This document shows positions 47,155 through 59,100 of a DNA stretch of 64,000 nucleotides, one piece after another. Origin of the DNA: Massalongia carnosa (Eukaryota). The DNA lies in assembly GCA_965645245.1 (NCBI GenBank), contig OZ287069.1, positions 2,728,001-2,792,000 on the forward strand. Direction: 5' to 3'. The notes below the pieces were generated by a model. The model saw only the letters and a program-made list of their open reading frames with translations. It had not been told where the DNA came from and did not search any database. Each line of letters starts with the position of its first letter. Position 1 is the stretch's first letter. The position numbers and the translations under genes were made by a program.

Positions 47155-50100
47155 CTACCACCCCCTCCTCCGACCTCTTTCCTCTCCCCCCCTCTCCTTT
47201 CTCCTCTCCCGCTTCCTCTCCCCCTTCTTTCTCTTTTCCTTCTCCCTTCGCTCCGGCTCCGCCACCGCCCCAATCCTTCGCTTAGCCTTCCTCCCCTCCC
47301 TCCGCTCCTTTACCCCCTCCCTCACCCTTGCTAACAACCTTACATACTCCGTCGTTCCCATCCGCTTCTGCAGCAGCGCCATTGTCTCCGCGCTATTCGA
47401 AACGAGCGCCTTGTACGTGGCTGTGAATGCATCATCCGTAGAGAAAGGGGCTGCAATGGCCGAGTCAGTGAGATTGTGGAGCGGCAGGAGGACAGTTTGG
47501 AGATGTGGCGTGAGGATACGAAGCGGAATATGGGTGCAGAGGGCAGTGAGCAGGACGAGAGATGCCTTTAAAGGGATCAAGGACAAGGCACGGGTAGTTA
47601 GCGGCCCTTTTCGGATAAGAGCGGAGGCGCGTTCGATGACGAAGGCGAGAGCTGTTTTTCCGCTAGAGGGCTCTGAGGTCTCGTCTTCGGAATCGTCGGC
47701 ATCGTCGTCAAGAAGTTCGTTCTCGATTTGCTGTTCCGTTGGCTGCCACAATAGGGACGTCTTACCCATGATCCTGCCGAGGAAAATCAAGATCCGCACG
47801 CTTTGGTTAGCAAGTTCTTCGCTGACGTCGGTGACTTGCAGGGAAGCTAGTAGGACGCTTGCGATCCCTACTATCTCATCCCCTCTTAGCCACAAGCCGC
47901 CTGATCCCTGAAGGGGCAATGCCAGTTCTTCGGCGTCAGCGTTCTTCCTGGCGAAATCGGCGTAATAGGCCCCGAGTAAGTTGGCGGCGGAAAGCTTTAC
48001 CCAGGCGTGGGGGAACGAGAGAATTTGGCGGATACTGGCCCATACAGGCGCAAATTTGGATGTGAAGGCTGAATTCGAATATAGCTGGGTGATCTTTGTA
48101 AATGTTTGGAGAGCAAAGTACAGTAACTCCCACTCAGCGTTTTCTGAGCCGGCAAGATTACCTTTAAGGATTTGGGCAATATGTGAATGTAGAAAGGGCA
48201 ACTCTTTCTCACTTTTCTTCGGGTCTACATTAAGATAAAGGTTATGTAGCTGGAGTGCAGCCCTGACAAGAAGAGGCTGTTCGGATTGGTCAAGCCAAGT
48301 GCGAAGGAGTGTCAAGAATGATTTGGTCCTTTTAGCGTCAGCTCGTTCGAAAGACGTCTTCAATAATACACCGGCCATTTCCCGACATGTGGCAGACTCA
48401 TCGTTAACCATGACCATGACTAGTGGAACCATGAAAGATTCAATGATGTCCTGAATCATATCCTCGCCCACTTTCAAGAACAGTAGATGGATTACCTCCA
48501 TTACTGATTGGCGGCCCTCTTGATGCTTGTAGTCTAGATTACGGATTAGAAAACTCAATTGCTTGGAAAAGCGTGCTTTCCCTTGTGGATACTCCATGAG
48601 AAACTGAAAGTATACGCCTCGAGCCAAGTCACGGGCACCTCTTGTTTGATTGGTTACCATGATGGTTGTAACTGCATCGAGTACTTCGTAGACTTCTGCA
48701 ATTACAACCTTGCGCGCCATGACAGCCTTCAGGAAATTGAAAACCACACCTTGGCGATCGGGCTGTTCCAAATCTGGTATAAGACGCTTCAGAAGATACG
48801 CCAGGTCTGTTTCCTTGATCTCCTTCCCTCTCCGTTCCCGAAGTATCGCGGATACTAGTTTCAGAGCTGCTTGCGTAAGTTCAGAATTTGTTGAGACTGA
48901 AGCTTTGAAGATCTTCACGCACGCAGCAAGATAATTGCCAGCATTTTCATCAATCTCTTTGACAGGAACCTTGATGATTGTTGCGAGCAGACGGAGCGCG
49001 GATATTTGAACTTCGTCACAGGATTCAGTTATAGCGTCACTGATGATAGGTATGAACCCCGATATATTCGCGGGTATTCGAAGGTTGTCATATTTGCCAA
49101 GCACGGATCGGAGCACATCCAGGGAGAACCGAACAAGCTTATAGCGGTATGAAGAAGTGCTTCCACCTGTTGTAGATTTACTAGCTCCTTTTGAGTTCAC
49201 AAGAAATCTTTTGTTCCGGTGGTCATCACGAGAGGTTCTTTCCTTGAACGAGCCTCCATCCTGGTAAACCTCTCGAATGATCTCATGGCAAAAGACCAGG
49301 ACTTGCCGATCTTGCATAGCTTCATTTTGTAGTAAACCAACTGTAACTCGCCTAAAAAGCTCATCTATCTTTTTTACCATTTTCAGATCCAGTTTTTCTT
49401 CTAGCAGAACCTGCAAAGGTCGAATCAGATGCACAAAGTTCTCTACCAAAACGGTCTTAGATATGAGTTCCATAGAGTCATAACTCTTGCTACTTTTTAC
49501 TTCTTTCATTTTACTAATGTATTCTTCGGCATCTTTTTCCAACCCGGTAGCTCCAAATATATCATCCATAATTATCGAGACAATCTGGGGCAGGCAGTAA
49601 TCTGAATCCCCAACCTTGAAGATCGGCGCTATGGCGACGAGTATGGAGTGTACTGTAAAAGATAAAACATGTAGCTGATAACCCCGAGCCAGTGCACTTC
49701 GCAACTCTTTCAGAACAAACCCAAAACATTGAGGGCCTATCAGAGTGGCGATTTCCACGAGCGTCTTTCTAGTCATGTCTCTGGACTCTTGAGATCGACT
49801 TCGCAGTATATTACACACATCTGTGAGCACAGCTGGTAAGAGATCTTTCATCCGATCAGACGGTAGAAGCATAAGTAGTTTAACCGTAGACACTGCCATA
49901 GGAACACGAAGACTAACAGTTGATTCGTCTTTGTCATGAAGATATTTTAATAGCAAAGGCAGCAGGTTATCTGCCAAATCCCCTGTAAGCTTCTCTGGCT
50001 TTGGTAGAGTAGCCGAGAGATTGCTTTGACAATATTCCAAAGACAACGATATGCCGTTAATAGCATTTTCTTCATTCGCTTCGCTTGTTCTAGTTTTCTT

Positions 50101-53100
50101 GACTTCAGCCGCTTGGCCCAATGTATCAATTATAACCCCAAGAAGCCTAATTATTGTCTTCTCAAGGTTGGGCTTGCTTAGAATGTAGCTGTTGTATCTT
50201 CTGAACATGGCTCTGAATTGAGACCATTCCAGAGATGAGGCGAGGGCCCCAATTGCTAGGATTGTCTCGGCAGCAAGATTATGTGCACTCTCGTCTTCAG
50301 CTTTATTGAAAATGAAATGCTCGATTAACGGCATGAAGAAGTGAGCAACGTTAACGCTGTGGAGATTGAATTGACGGGCTCCGTTGGCTAATCGGCGCAG
50401 GGCACGGAGCCGCCGATGCTGTTGTATATGAAGTACATTACCGAAGAATGACGCTTCCTCGTCCTCTATTACCAATAGCACATACATATCGTTAATCTCT
50501 TCCCATCCAGGGTTATGGCGGACAAGATGAGCCATAACACCTAAATACTCTGCACGAACCAGCTCGGAAGGTTCAAAGGCTCCTTTACGGATGGCTGGCA
50601 ATAAAATAAGTTTGACAAGAACAGATGCTCCGTCTCCTTCGTTAAACTTGTTTGTCTCGACGAAGCGCCGGAGAGCGAAAGATGCATTAGATCTAATTGC
50701 TAACTCTTCCGTGTCTTTAATGTAATATAACATGTTGTACAGAAGTGGTCGCCATTGTTTTGGCGAGAAATTCTGGTATTTCATTTCATTGACAGTGTTG
50801 AAAGCCTTCAGCCGCTCGTCAAAATCTGGCTCATCAAGCTTTCCTGGTAGGAACGAGTTTAGGCTTGTGCAAAGCCCTGCCACTTCTTCGAGCTCACTAT
50901 CTTTTGCAGCCAATACGGTTAAGACTTGTGACAACTTCCATCGATTGGTTTGGTCCTTGAAATATCCAAAAAGCGAGGAGATTGTACGGAAGATCCGATC
51001 CTGTAGATCATTGAGAGAATGGATGTGAGCCAATGGCAGAAAATTCTGGAGGATCTGTAATAGATCACCCTTAATCCGAGGATTAACTCGATGGGATGGT
51101 TGATCAAGAAGAAACGTTGATATCTCGAGAAGGTTCCCTGCTTGAGACGAACCTGTAACCCATGGAGCTAACGAGGAGACAAGCCCAATTGTAGAACCCA
51201 AAATCTCTTTGCTGGGACTTTTTCGAAGCAAACCACCCACCGGGCCTAGAATCATGTCCATATTCCGGCGCAGTACTTTTTGTACGATAACCTCTTCCTT
51301 TGAGGAGCCGTCCATTTCATATTCTCTAGCAGTAGATACGTTGCATAAATTGATAATTTTTTTCAAAATCTCCTCTAGAATATAGAGCTTAACTTCCTCT
51401 TTTGCTGAGGGAACGTCCAAACAGTCAACAACCCGACTCATTAGACTAGGATCGTAGTCTGCCAAAAAGGAAACAGTATCCAGTGATGAAGCCCATGTTG
51501 AGAAGAGCTGCAGTAGCCCCGAAACAGATTGGGCTGTTTCAACTGGAAGCCTCTGAAGTCGCGGACTTATTAGTTCTACGAATATCGTGGACATATACGG
51601 TTCCATTTCTTTGCTCGGGCAATGGCGGAATATTAAGGTGAGACACTGCATACCGACTTGTCGGACAGCCTTAAACAGGGACGTTTGGGAAGCCTCCCGA
51701 GCATCTAACTCTGTTTTGGTTAGTTCTCGTGTAGCCTTAATGAGGCAGTAGAGAAGCGCTTCCGTGATCTGTCTTGCATATGGCGCTATCTGGCCGCCAA
51801 GCGTTTCCAACATGTCCTTTGTCATATGGACGAATCCAACTTGTTTCCGAGCATTAAAGTGGCTTTGTGATACACGCCCTTCTGCCAAATGAAAATCCTG
51901 CAAAATGTCCAGGTTGGCCAGGGAGCCAAGAATTATTTGAATAAACTCGCCAAGATCTTTCTCTTTAAATCGAGACAAAGCTTCGAAAACAACTCTTCTT
52001 GTCACAGCTTGGCCTCTTTTCCCAGTGCCTACACCTTTCCCTGCAATTATTTTTCCATAAAGTATCCTTAGCAGAACAGGGACTAGATCTGGACGATGCT
52101 CAGCTCGAATTGCGTTATCATCGTGCAGGAATATTGAGATTTCTTCCCTGAACCTTGAATCATCCAACAAATTCATCAAGTTCTCCTGATATGGCTGGAT
52201 GCCTGGAATCTTCCAAGTAAAGATAGCCTTGAGAGCAAACCTCTGCATTTCAATGTCCCCATTCGCCAGCTGATTCCGCAAAGCATCAAATACTTCCAAT
52301 GATTGATATAACACCCTAGGATTAGTGAATGAGCAGAAAAGCTCAAGCATGGCTTTACGATTTTTATGAGGCAGTTTTTGATGTTCCATCGAGGCCTCTG
52401 GGTCCTTCAGTGATTCTCCTATCTCATCTCGCAAGTCGTGCACAGCCCAACGTAAGAATTGGGGTACAAGTTGACGTGAGTGTTTCTCAGCAATCCAAGG
52501 AATGCCTAAGAAGACCCGAAGAGCTAAGGCCGACGCTCCATCTACCTTTCGCGTCAATGGTTGATGACTTTGGGCGAATTTTTGGTTAATATGCTCGAAA
52601 GAGGCGTTCTTTTCCGATGCTATGGTCTCCAAGAGGTTTTCAACCCGTATAAGATTTGAGCATTGGAAGATAGTTAGAGGAAAGGCCTGAGTATGCTCTT
52701 GTTTCGACAAAGGAGTTTTTAGCGAAACATCTTGGGACTCTTCGAACCATCGGAATGCTATATCAGACACAACGGCCTCTCCGTATGTTGTATCAGATAT
52801 TTCCTTCAGAGCATTTATAGCATCATCCCAAACCTGCGCAAGTCTGTAAGTTAACAAACCAAAGCAGAAATTTGGAATAGCATCCTGAATCCAAGCATGG
52901 GACGAAGCTGATTCATAAAGGGAAGAGAGCTTCCGTATATGCATGGATACAGAACGACTTGACTGTAAGTCGAGCGGACTGTTTTCAATGGCCAAAGCTA
53001 CCGTGAGAATTTCTTTCTGCTCGTCATGGGTTTGTACGAGCAGATCTCTGAGAATCTGTAAGGAAAGGTTTCGAAGTATGTGATGAGAGGAACGCAAGTT

Positions 53101-54954
53101 TTTAATCAATACGTTAACCACTGATTCTATGACGTTGCCTGCTAATTCATGGTGATTTGCCTCCACGGAGAAATGAACTGCTTCAAGATACATTGGTAGA
53201 GTTCCGTATTGACTTGCAAGACTTAATATCTGAGGCAATGTATCAGATAGCCCAAACCCAACATGAGAAGAGTATTGTAAATAGGACTTTAAACCATGTC
53301 CGATAGAAAATTTCATCCTCCAGTCATTACTGAATGGCGATTGAACACTTTTTTGGATTAAATCACCTAAACTCCCTATGACTTGATTTATGGTTGATGC
53401 AGCCATTGACATGCAATTGAAGCTTTCAAGGTAAGCGCTGCAGAGCGTAACAAGATTGTTGTCAGTTTGTACTTCTTTGAAAGTCTTTACAATATGCTGT
53501 TGCCACGCATTTGGGCAGATAAGTTTCTTATCTTGGGTCTCCCCAAGTACTTTAGGCAAAGATAAGAGCAGCTCGAACTCATCTTCCTTCCAATGCGAAA
53601 GAACGAACTTAGAGAAATAGGGAAGAAGTAGATACTGGAAGCGATCTTGATCTAAGTCACAAAAGAAATTACAAAACGGTACGAAATATCTGATATTCTG
53701 GTCGGATGCAATCGTGTTCATGATTGAACGAACTTTAGGGATGACTATTTCTAACGGAGCCGCCTGGATGATTGCTGCTGCCGCATAGAAGACTTGTGGG
53801 ATGTTTCTACTCGTAGACTCTTTGTATTGCTCAAGCAAGGCTGCTAAAGCGTCGAAAACTGGTAGCCAGTCATGAATCCTCGTAGCTTTTCTCACCGTAA
53901 TGATGATGAACAGTAAACGCCCGTAAATTGAGACACTACTGTTGCCCCACTCTGTACTTCGTTTCCGAATGTCTTCGTAGACGACGTCTAAGATTGGTGA
54001 GAAGTTTGCTGCATCTGTATGGTGGACTAAAGCAACGGTAACTCCTAAAAGGACAGACTCTATTGTTGGCGTCGGAGAATCACCTCTGTCCAGAATCCGT
54101 TCCAACAAGCAGCGATAAAGATATGCTCCTGACGAGTGTAGTCGCCTATCAATGCCCTTGATAGATTCAACAATAAGAGTCATCACACCATGTTGGTAGA
54201 GATGGCATCTCTGTATTTGCTCTGCTGTCGAGACTAGATCGTCCAAGATGTAGCTAATTATGAGATCCAACGGCTTTGGATTCTTGGGATACAGCAAGGC
54301 AGCTTTCCTAAGAAGAAAAGACATGGCCTCAGCGGCGAATCTCGTAGTATAAAGTTTCTGCGGCTCTCGACCTAGCAACGGAGCCATGGTGGTGTACAAA
54401 GGTCTCAAATCTGGCAGTAGTAAGCGTGACAAATACTTGAAAAGCCATGCCAAACATGAGAAGCTCCACTCAATAACCTGAACGTCAGTATGCTTTGCAG
54501 CCACAGAAGCCACGACCGCAACAGCTTTTGCAAAGTGGCTCTCGAATCTGATGCCAAGGTCATGCGCAAATCTTGCTAACAGATCCAATAGTGGCTCCAA
54601 AGACAAGGGATCCCGTTTCTCAATGTAGGTAATCAGAATGGCCATTATATCTTGTTGGTAATGAAGAATCTGGGGCAAGCTCTGGCAAAGCGGCTCCGCC
54701 TCGTGAAGAAACACGGCGAAGTTTTCCGAAAGGTTGAGATCCCTCCATCGTTCCAGGCCTGCTTGTAAAAATGAGGTTGTAGATGCAATATCATTTGCTT
54801 CTATGTCGGTACGACGCACTCTGCGAATTGGATCAATATTGAGCTTTGCAATACGTTGATTGAAAGACTCGAATCGATGCTTCCTTGTTGATATAGTGCC
54901 TTTCTTTATCATCTTTATCGGCCTCTCCATCCTTCCGGCCAACGGGCCTGCCAT
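47155..54954 (-). CDS. UTP20: U3 snoRNP/SSU processome HEAT-repeat protein Utp20, single exon (~2600 aa)
   Basis: HRFESFNQRIAKLNIDP, LDEPDFDERL, HIQQHRRLRAL, LARGYQLHVLSFTVH, YISKMKEVK and a basic C-terminus. Confidence 0.96.
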   Translation of the reverse strand: MAGPLAGRMERPIKMIKKGTISTRKHRFESFNQRIAKLNIDPIRRVRRTDIEANDIASTTSFLQAGLERWRDLNLSENFAVFLHEAEPLCQSLPQILHYQQDIMAILITYIEKRDPLSLEPLLDLLARFAHDLGIRFESHFAKAVAVVASVAAKHTDVQVIEWSFSCLAWLFKYLSRLLLPDLRPLYTTMAPLLGREPQKLYTTRFAAEAMSFLLRKAALLYPKNPKPLDLIISYILDDLVSTAEQIQRCHLYQHGVMTLIVESIKGIDRRLHSSGAYLYRCLLERILDRGDSPTPTIESVLLGVTVALVHHTDAANFSPILDVVYEDIRKRSTEWGNSSVSIYGRLLFIIITVRKATRIHDWLPVFDALAALLEQYKESTSRNIPQVFYAAAAIIQAAPLEIVIPKVRSIMNTIASDQNIRYFVPFCNFFCDLDQDRFQYLLLPYFSKFVLSHWKEDEFELLLSLPKVLGETQDKKLICPNAWQQHIVKTFKEVQTDNNLVTLCSAYLESFNCMSMAASTINQVIGSLGDLIQKSVQSPFSNDWRMKFSIGHGLKSYLQYSSHVGFGLSDTLPQILSLASQYGTLPMYLEAVHFSVEANHHELAGNVIESVVNVLIKNLRSSHHILRNLSLQILRDLLVQTHDEQKEILTVALAIENSPLDLQSSRSVSMHIRKLSSLYESASSHAWIQDAIPNFCFGLLTYRLAQVWDDAINALKEISDTTYGEAVVSDIAFRWFEESQDVSLKTPLSKQEHTQAFPLTIFQCSNLIRVENLLETIASEKNASFEHINQKFAQSHQPLTRKVDGASALALRVFLGIPWIAEKHSRQLVPQFLRWAVHDLRDEIGESLKDPEASMEHQKLPHKNRKAMLELFCSFTNPRVLYQSLEVFDALRNQLANGDIEMQRFALKAIFTWKIPGIQPYQENLMNLLDDSRFREEISIFLHDDNAIRAEHRPDLVPVLLRILYGKIIAGKGVGTGKRGQAVTRRVVFEALSRFKEKDLGEFIQIILGSLANLDILQDFHLAEGRVSQSHFNARKQVGFVHMTKDMLETLGGQIAPYARQITEALLYCLIKATRELTKTELDAREASQTSLFKAVRQVGMQCLTLIFRHCPSKEMEPYMSTIFVELISPRLQRLPVETAQSVSGLLQLFSTWASSLDTVSFLADYDPSLMSRVVDCLDVPSAKEEVKLYILEEILKKIINLCNVSTAREYEMDGSSKEEVIVQKVLRRNMDMILGPVGGLLRKSPSKEILGSTIGLVSSLAPWVTGSSQAGNLLEISTFLLDQPSHRVNPRIKGDLLQILQNFLPLAHIHSLNDLQDRIFRTISSLFGYFKDQTNRWKLSQVLTVLAAKDSELEEVAGLCTSLNSFLPGKLDEPDFDERLKAFNTVNEMKYQNFSPKQWRPLLYNMLYYIKDTEELAIRSNASFALRRFVETNKFNEGDGASVLVKLILLPAIRKGAFEPSELVRAEYLGVMAHLVRHNPGWEEINDMYVLLVIEDEEASFFGNVLHIQQHRRLRALRRLANGARQFNLHSVNVAHFFMPLIEHFIFNKAEDESAHNLAAETILAIGALASSLEWSQFRAMFRRYNSYILSKPNLEKTIIRLLGVIIDTLGQAAEVKKTRTSEANEENAINGISLSLEYCQSNLSATLPKPEKLTGDLADNLLPLLLKYLHDKDESTVSLRVPMAVSTVKLLMLLPSDRMKDLLPAVLTDVCNILRSRSQESRDMTRKTLVEIATLIGPQCFGFVLKELRSALARGYQLHVLSFTVHSILVAIAPIFKVGDSDYCLPQIVSIIMDDIFGATGLEKDAEEYISKMKEVKSSKSYDSMELISKTVLVENFVHLIRPLQVLLEEKLDLKMVKKIDELFRRVTVGLLQNEAMQDRQVLVFCHEIIREVYQDGGSFKERTSRDDHRNKRFLVNSKGASKSTTGGSTSSYRYKLVRFSLDVLRSVLGKYDNLRIPANISGFIPIISDAITESCDEVQISALRLLATIIKVPVKEIDENAGNYLAACVKIFKASVSTNSELTQAALKLVSAILRERRGKEIKETDLAYLLKRLIPDLEQPDRQGVVFNFLKAVMARKVVIAEVYEVLDAVTTIMVTNQTRGARDLARGVYFQFLMEYPQGKARFSKQLSFLIRNLDYKHQEGRQSVMEVIHLLFLKVGEDMIQDIIESFMVPLVMVMVNDESATCREMAGVLLKTSFERADAKRTKSFLTLLRTWLDQSEQPLLVRAALQLHNLYLNVDPKKSEKELPFLHSHIAQILKGNLAGSENAEWELLYFALQTFTKITQLYSNSAFTSKFAPVWASIRQILSFPHAWVKLSAANLLGAYYADFARKNADAEELALPLQGSGGLWLRGDEIVGIASVLLASLQVTDVSEELANQSVRILIFLGRIMGKTSLLWQPTEQQIENELLDDDADDSEDETSEPSSGKTALAFVIERASALIRKGPLTTRALSLIPLKASLVLLTALCTHIPLRILTPHLQTVLLPLHNLTDSAIAAPFSTDDAFTATYKALVSNSAETMALLQKRMGTTEYVRLLARVREGVKERREGRKAKRRIGAVAEPERREKEKRKKGERKRERRKERGGEERGRRRGW

Positions 54955-55016
54955 ATAATGCAACTGCGAAGATATTAGGTGCTCCTAGAAACATGTGCAA
55001 AATGAAAGATTGTCAG

Positions 55017-55024
55017 GTCACGTG
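55017..55024. promoter_or_regulatory. GTCACGTG E-box ~60 bp upstream of the UTP20 start
   Basis: Motif read directly; matches the bHLH (Cbf1-type) consensus. Function is inferred. Confidence 0.3.
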
Positions 55025-55985
55025 TGTTTCATTGTAAGTTAGTATTGATCTCTGATTAGTTACCTTAAGGGCGGTTGGGGGTTTTCGGACATGGTCATGG
55101 AATGGTCTCAAGATCCCGGACATGTCTTCGCTAAAATGGGTACACCGGCAGGTTCCCGGTTTGAATGTTTTTTTGAGCGCTTTCCTGATTGAGATGACTC
55201 AACATTGTCCTACACGTGTAAGATAGCTTAAAATTCTGCTTGTGTCTGATGAGAAATATCTGCGGATAATATAGAGTCTGAAATCATTTTGAAAATATTA
55301 TAGTCTTGAAAAGGATATATCTTAGTGAACATTCATATTGGTATGAACAGTGCTTGCAGTAAAAAAGCATCTGGCAATGATTTGGAGATCGTCTCAGTTT
55401 TGACAAGATCTCAAGACCTTCAAGCTCGTGTTCCGGATAAAACGATCAGAAAACAATCTTATAAAAGATATCACGTTCATGCAACCTCGTTACAGCTGAG
55501 TTGTATTCGGGTTCACATGATGTATTCGCCCAGTTGATGGTTAGAGAAACAAGTTATTGATTTAGTGACAGCTTCTAATCTACAGCTCTATGAATGCTAT
55601 CATCCTCATGCCATGTTTCTCGTTCTCGTTGCTGTCTCGCACGATCTAGTCTTGAATCACTCCATCGAGTCCTTCCCGTACCTCCTCTCACAACATATAT
55701 GAAACTGATGAAACAAGGCAGACAAGAGACGTGCCTTGAGGATCTGAAGAATAAGACTGTTAGCTTGAATTGCAATATGCACAGAGAACATAACGTACCA
55801 AGTGCCTATGTAGAAGATAGGGTAGCCTAACGCAACAAATAAATTAGTCTCGGTCCTTTCATACAAGTTTGAATGCGAGAGATCAATCACCAAATTTATG
55901 ATGGAGAGTGTCAGCAAAACTCAGCTGTTCTGACCTGACAAACCCTTCTCGCCTGAGGAGATTCCAGAGGAGACTTCTAAGACTG

Positions 55986-56037
55986 CCTTCTCGGGGGCGT
56001 CCTTCTCGGAGGCGTCCTTCTCGGAAACGGCCTTCTC
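55986..56037. repeat. 15-bp tandem repeat (CCTTCTCGGRGGCGT)~3.5
   Basis: Read directly; translates as EKAVS/EKDAS/EKDAP on the minus strand. Confidence 0.8.
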
Positions 56038-56126
56038 CAATAAAGCCTGCTTTGGCATGACTCTAGGTTCTCTATCGTCTGTTAGCTGTAGTTGCATCAT
56101 CATCGTCAGCAGAATGAGAAGAACTC

Positions 56127-59100
56127 TTACAAAACTCCAGCAGCATTGAGTATGCTCAAACATTGCTTGACATGTTGTTCCTCCACCCGTAATTTAGCTT
56201 TGATGGCATTCGACACTTTGCTTGGTAATTTATCGTAAGTGACGTGAGGACTAATCCTCATATATTGCTGATCTTGACCGAACCGAGCATGAAAGAGCAG
56301 CCTCAACGCTCGATCAAGTACTTCGATGTCGTCCAAGTCCTCGACAGTGTAGATTCTTGTCGGTGACAAGCTCAACAAGTATCGTAAGTTTATTTCATCT
56401 TGATTGTATTGCTCCTGCTCGATGGAAGTTAGTTTGCTGTAATTTTGTCTCAACTTCTTGGTCGTTATCGTCTCCAAAACAATATCTTTCAAGGCAGTTA
56501 TCTCATCTCCGTCTCCATCACTTTGAAAAGCATCATCATTATCATCCGATGTCACCTCGGATTCCTCGTCATCGTTCTCCTCTTCGTTCTCACTGTCCTT
56601 AAATGACGAGTCTTCCTCAAACTGATCTGAAAATTCTTCGTCCACATCTTCATTCATGGATGCTTTGCCCTTCAACTTACGGCGCTTACCTTGACCATAC
56701 TCTTGATAAACATCATCTTGCAGCATTGTATCCGCGAATCTGTCAGGTCTCAGACGTTTTCGGGGTGTAGGATTCGTGACTGTATCGAGATCAAGATCCA
56801 ATGGATCTTGCACCGTGATAGCTAATTTACCGCCGGTCTCCTCGTCAAACTCGACATTCATCGAGTTATTTGAATCCTCTGTGGGAAGAAAATTCTTTTC
56901 CTTCAGAATCTCGTGTCCTCTCTGACTCTCGTGTGCCTCTTTTACGTATTTGTTTGACTCATTTAACAAGTCAACTAGTAGGTTCTGCACCTCTGACGAG
57001 AAGGATCGAGTGGCTAAGTCCACCACGGCCTTGTCTGTTTGCTTGGAGTCTCGATATTGATCATGAGAATTCTTTGTTACAACTCGAACAACCAACACGG
57101 GTTCGGTTTGAGAAACCTGCATGAAAATGCACCGATTAGATTTTCGTACCGGTACGAAGAAAGGTCACGCTCTTTTCAGATAACATACCCGGATTACTCG
57201 AGACCAAGCTTGAATTTCTGACGGTGCATTGATTGCTGGCGTTGCCACTAAAACCCGACAACAACATCTATCCAGATTTACTCCTTGCGCCGACACCTGA
57301 TACATTATTATCAAAATCAGTAAGGAATCTTTAGGATCACTGAATCTTTTAACAAGATTCACGCGCTCTAAATCCGTCAATCCAGCGTGTAACACTTCGG
57401 TCTCCACGTATGCAAAATTACACACGCTATCCCAGAAAAAGGCGTTGAGTGGTACATCTTCTGTAATCAATAGCGTCCGTGGCTTGTCCGTAACGATATG
57501 AGGTAATACATAAGTATGAATTTGATATAGTATGGACTTCATGGTGGGAGAACCGTAGGTCAGAAATTTGAGTTTTTCCGAACCAGTAGTAACATCAGAG
57601 TCTCCTTCTCGTTTCACAAGATTAATGATATGATGAGCAGTCACGCCTTTTGCTCGAAATCGGTTGATATCGTTGACCAAGGTGTTATGGCCTAGTTTTC
57701 GAAGCATGCGGTCGAGTCTACTGAGAAGAAGGGAGGCACTGGCGAGAGTTAAATGTCGTAATGGTGCTATGATGTGTGGAAAATTATCGGCTCCAGCTTT
57801 CTTGATAGCTGTAATTTGTGGCTTGAACAAATTCCCTGCATCCATACATTAGCTTTTATTTGCTTCTCAGATTCATATTGATATGAAGAATAAGCTAACC
57901 GAGCGTGAGCTCTATGTACCCATTGGGACTCCGCTGCTTCTTCTTCTTGATAAGTGAGCTCAACGGTTCTAACTTCGTGGCTTGGGATCATGGAGCGCAT
58001 AGAAAACAGTTTCATGATCATTGATCTTCAGGATGGAGGCAGTGGAGCGGCGAATCATTATCAGCTCGTCCATGTAGTGATAATGTTTTGCAATAAGCTG
58101 CACATCTTGAGTGAGCAACAAAGCTTCGATTCTGTATGACAGTTAATAAATGACGAAAAAGAGGTCGAGATTCGATTGTGCATGCCTCTTAGGATCCATG
58201 ACGATACGTCGTTTAGAATCCGTTTCGGACAACGACTGAATCGCTTCAAAGCTATGATAGGACTCCGCCGCGTGCTGCATCAGCCATTCACTCGAAGTCG
58301 GATTCATCAATATGTCTTGTTTTACCCGTGGCCATAAGATTAATAAAGGTCCGAGTATGTCCTAACAGACTCCTTAGAGATCATCAGCCCTTTTCATATC
58401 AATATGAAAACATTACTAATGAATCGTTGATGACGGGTGTAGCGGTCAAAAACCAGTGTACCTCAGCCTCGAGCTGCTTGATACTAGCAAAGATCTTGGT
58501 GCCAGGATGTCGCAATTTGTGGCCCTCATCTAAAAGAACTGGTCCAAATACTCCTGTCCATTTAGAGTTAAAGGTTTTCTTTTCTCTTCCACTTTTGCTC
58601 AATTTCGTATGTACAGAAAGAGTTCGGCTCGCAAAAGTATCGTAAGACGAAAGTATTACGACCTGTGAAGCGGTTGGATTGCTTTGATCAAAAATGTACC
58701 GCAAATGAGGAGGCCAATTCATCAGCTTTCTGAGAGCTTCACGCATTGCTGTTGCTGAAACCCAATTGATAGCAAATTTAGCGTTAATGGGTCTGTCTCC
58801 ATATGCGATTATTAGTGTAAGGGTTGGGAACTGTATAATTTCTTCTTGGCATTGATGCAAGACAATTCCACTCGGAGCAATGCAGAGTGCCGGTCGATGC
58901 GCAGCTATGATGTTCACGTCTCTCTCTGTCATGCATCGCGCGTAATACGCCAGAAAAAGTAATGCTGTATAGGTTTTTCCAAACCCCATTGTGTCAACAA
59001 CTATTCCACCAAATGTTTGAATACTCTCTAGTTTTTTTGCTGCCTTGGCCAGTTCGGGATCATTGACGCGTCCCGAGTCGATAGGTATTCTCCCACATGA

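Noticed and set aside
736..54954. Functional cluster of cell-cycle and genome-maintenance genes (cdc25, BUB1, APN1, CUL3)
   Set aside because: Interspersed with unrelated housekeeping genes; no evidence beyond ordinary gene order.
55325..55917. Additional small genes at the left of the putative large element
   Set aside because: Short ORFs on both strands with no recognisable homology or reliable splice model.
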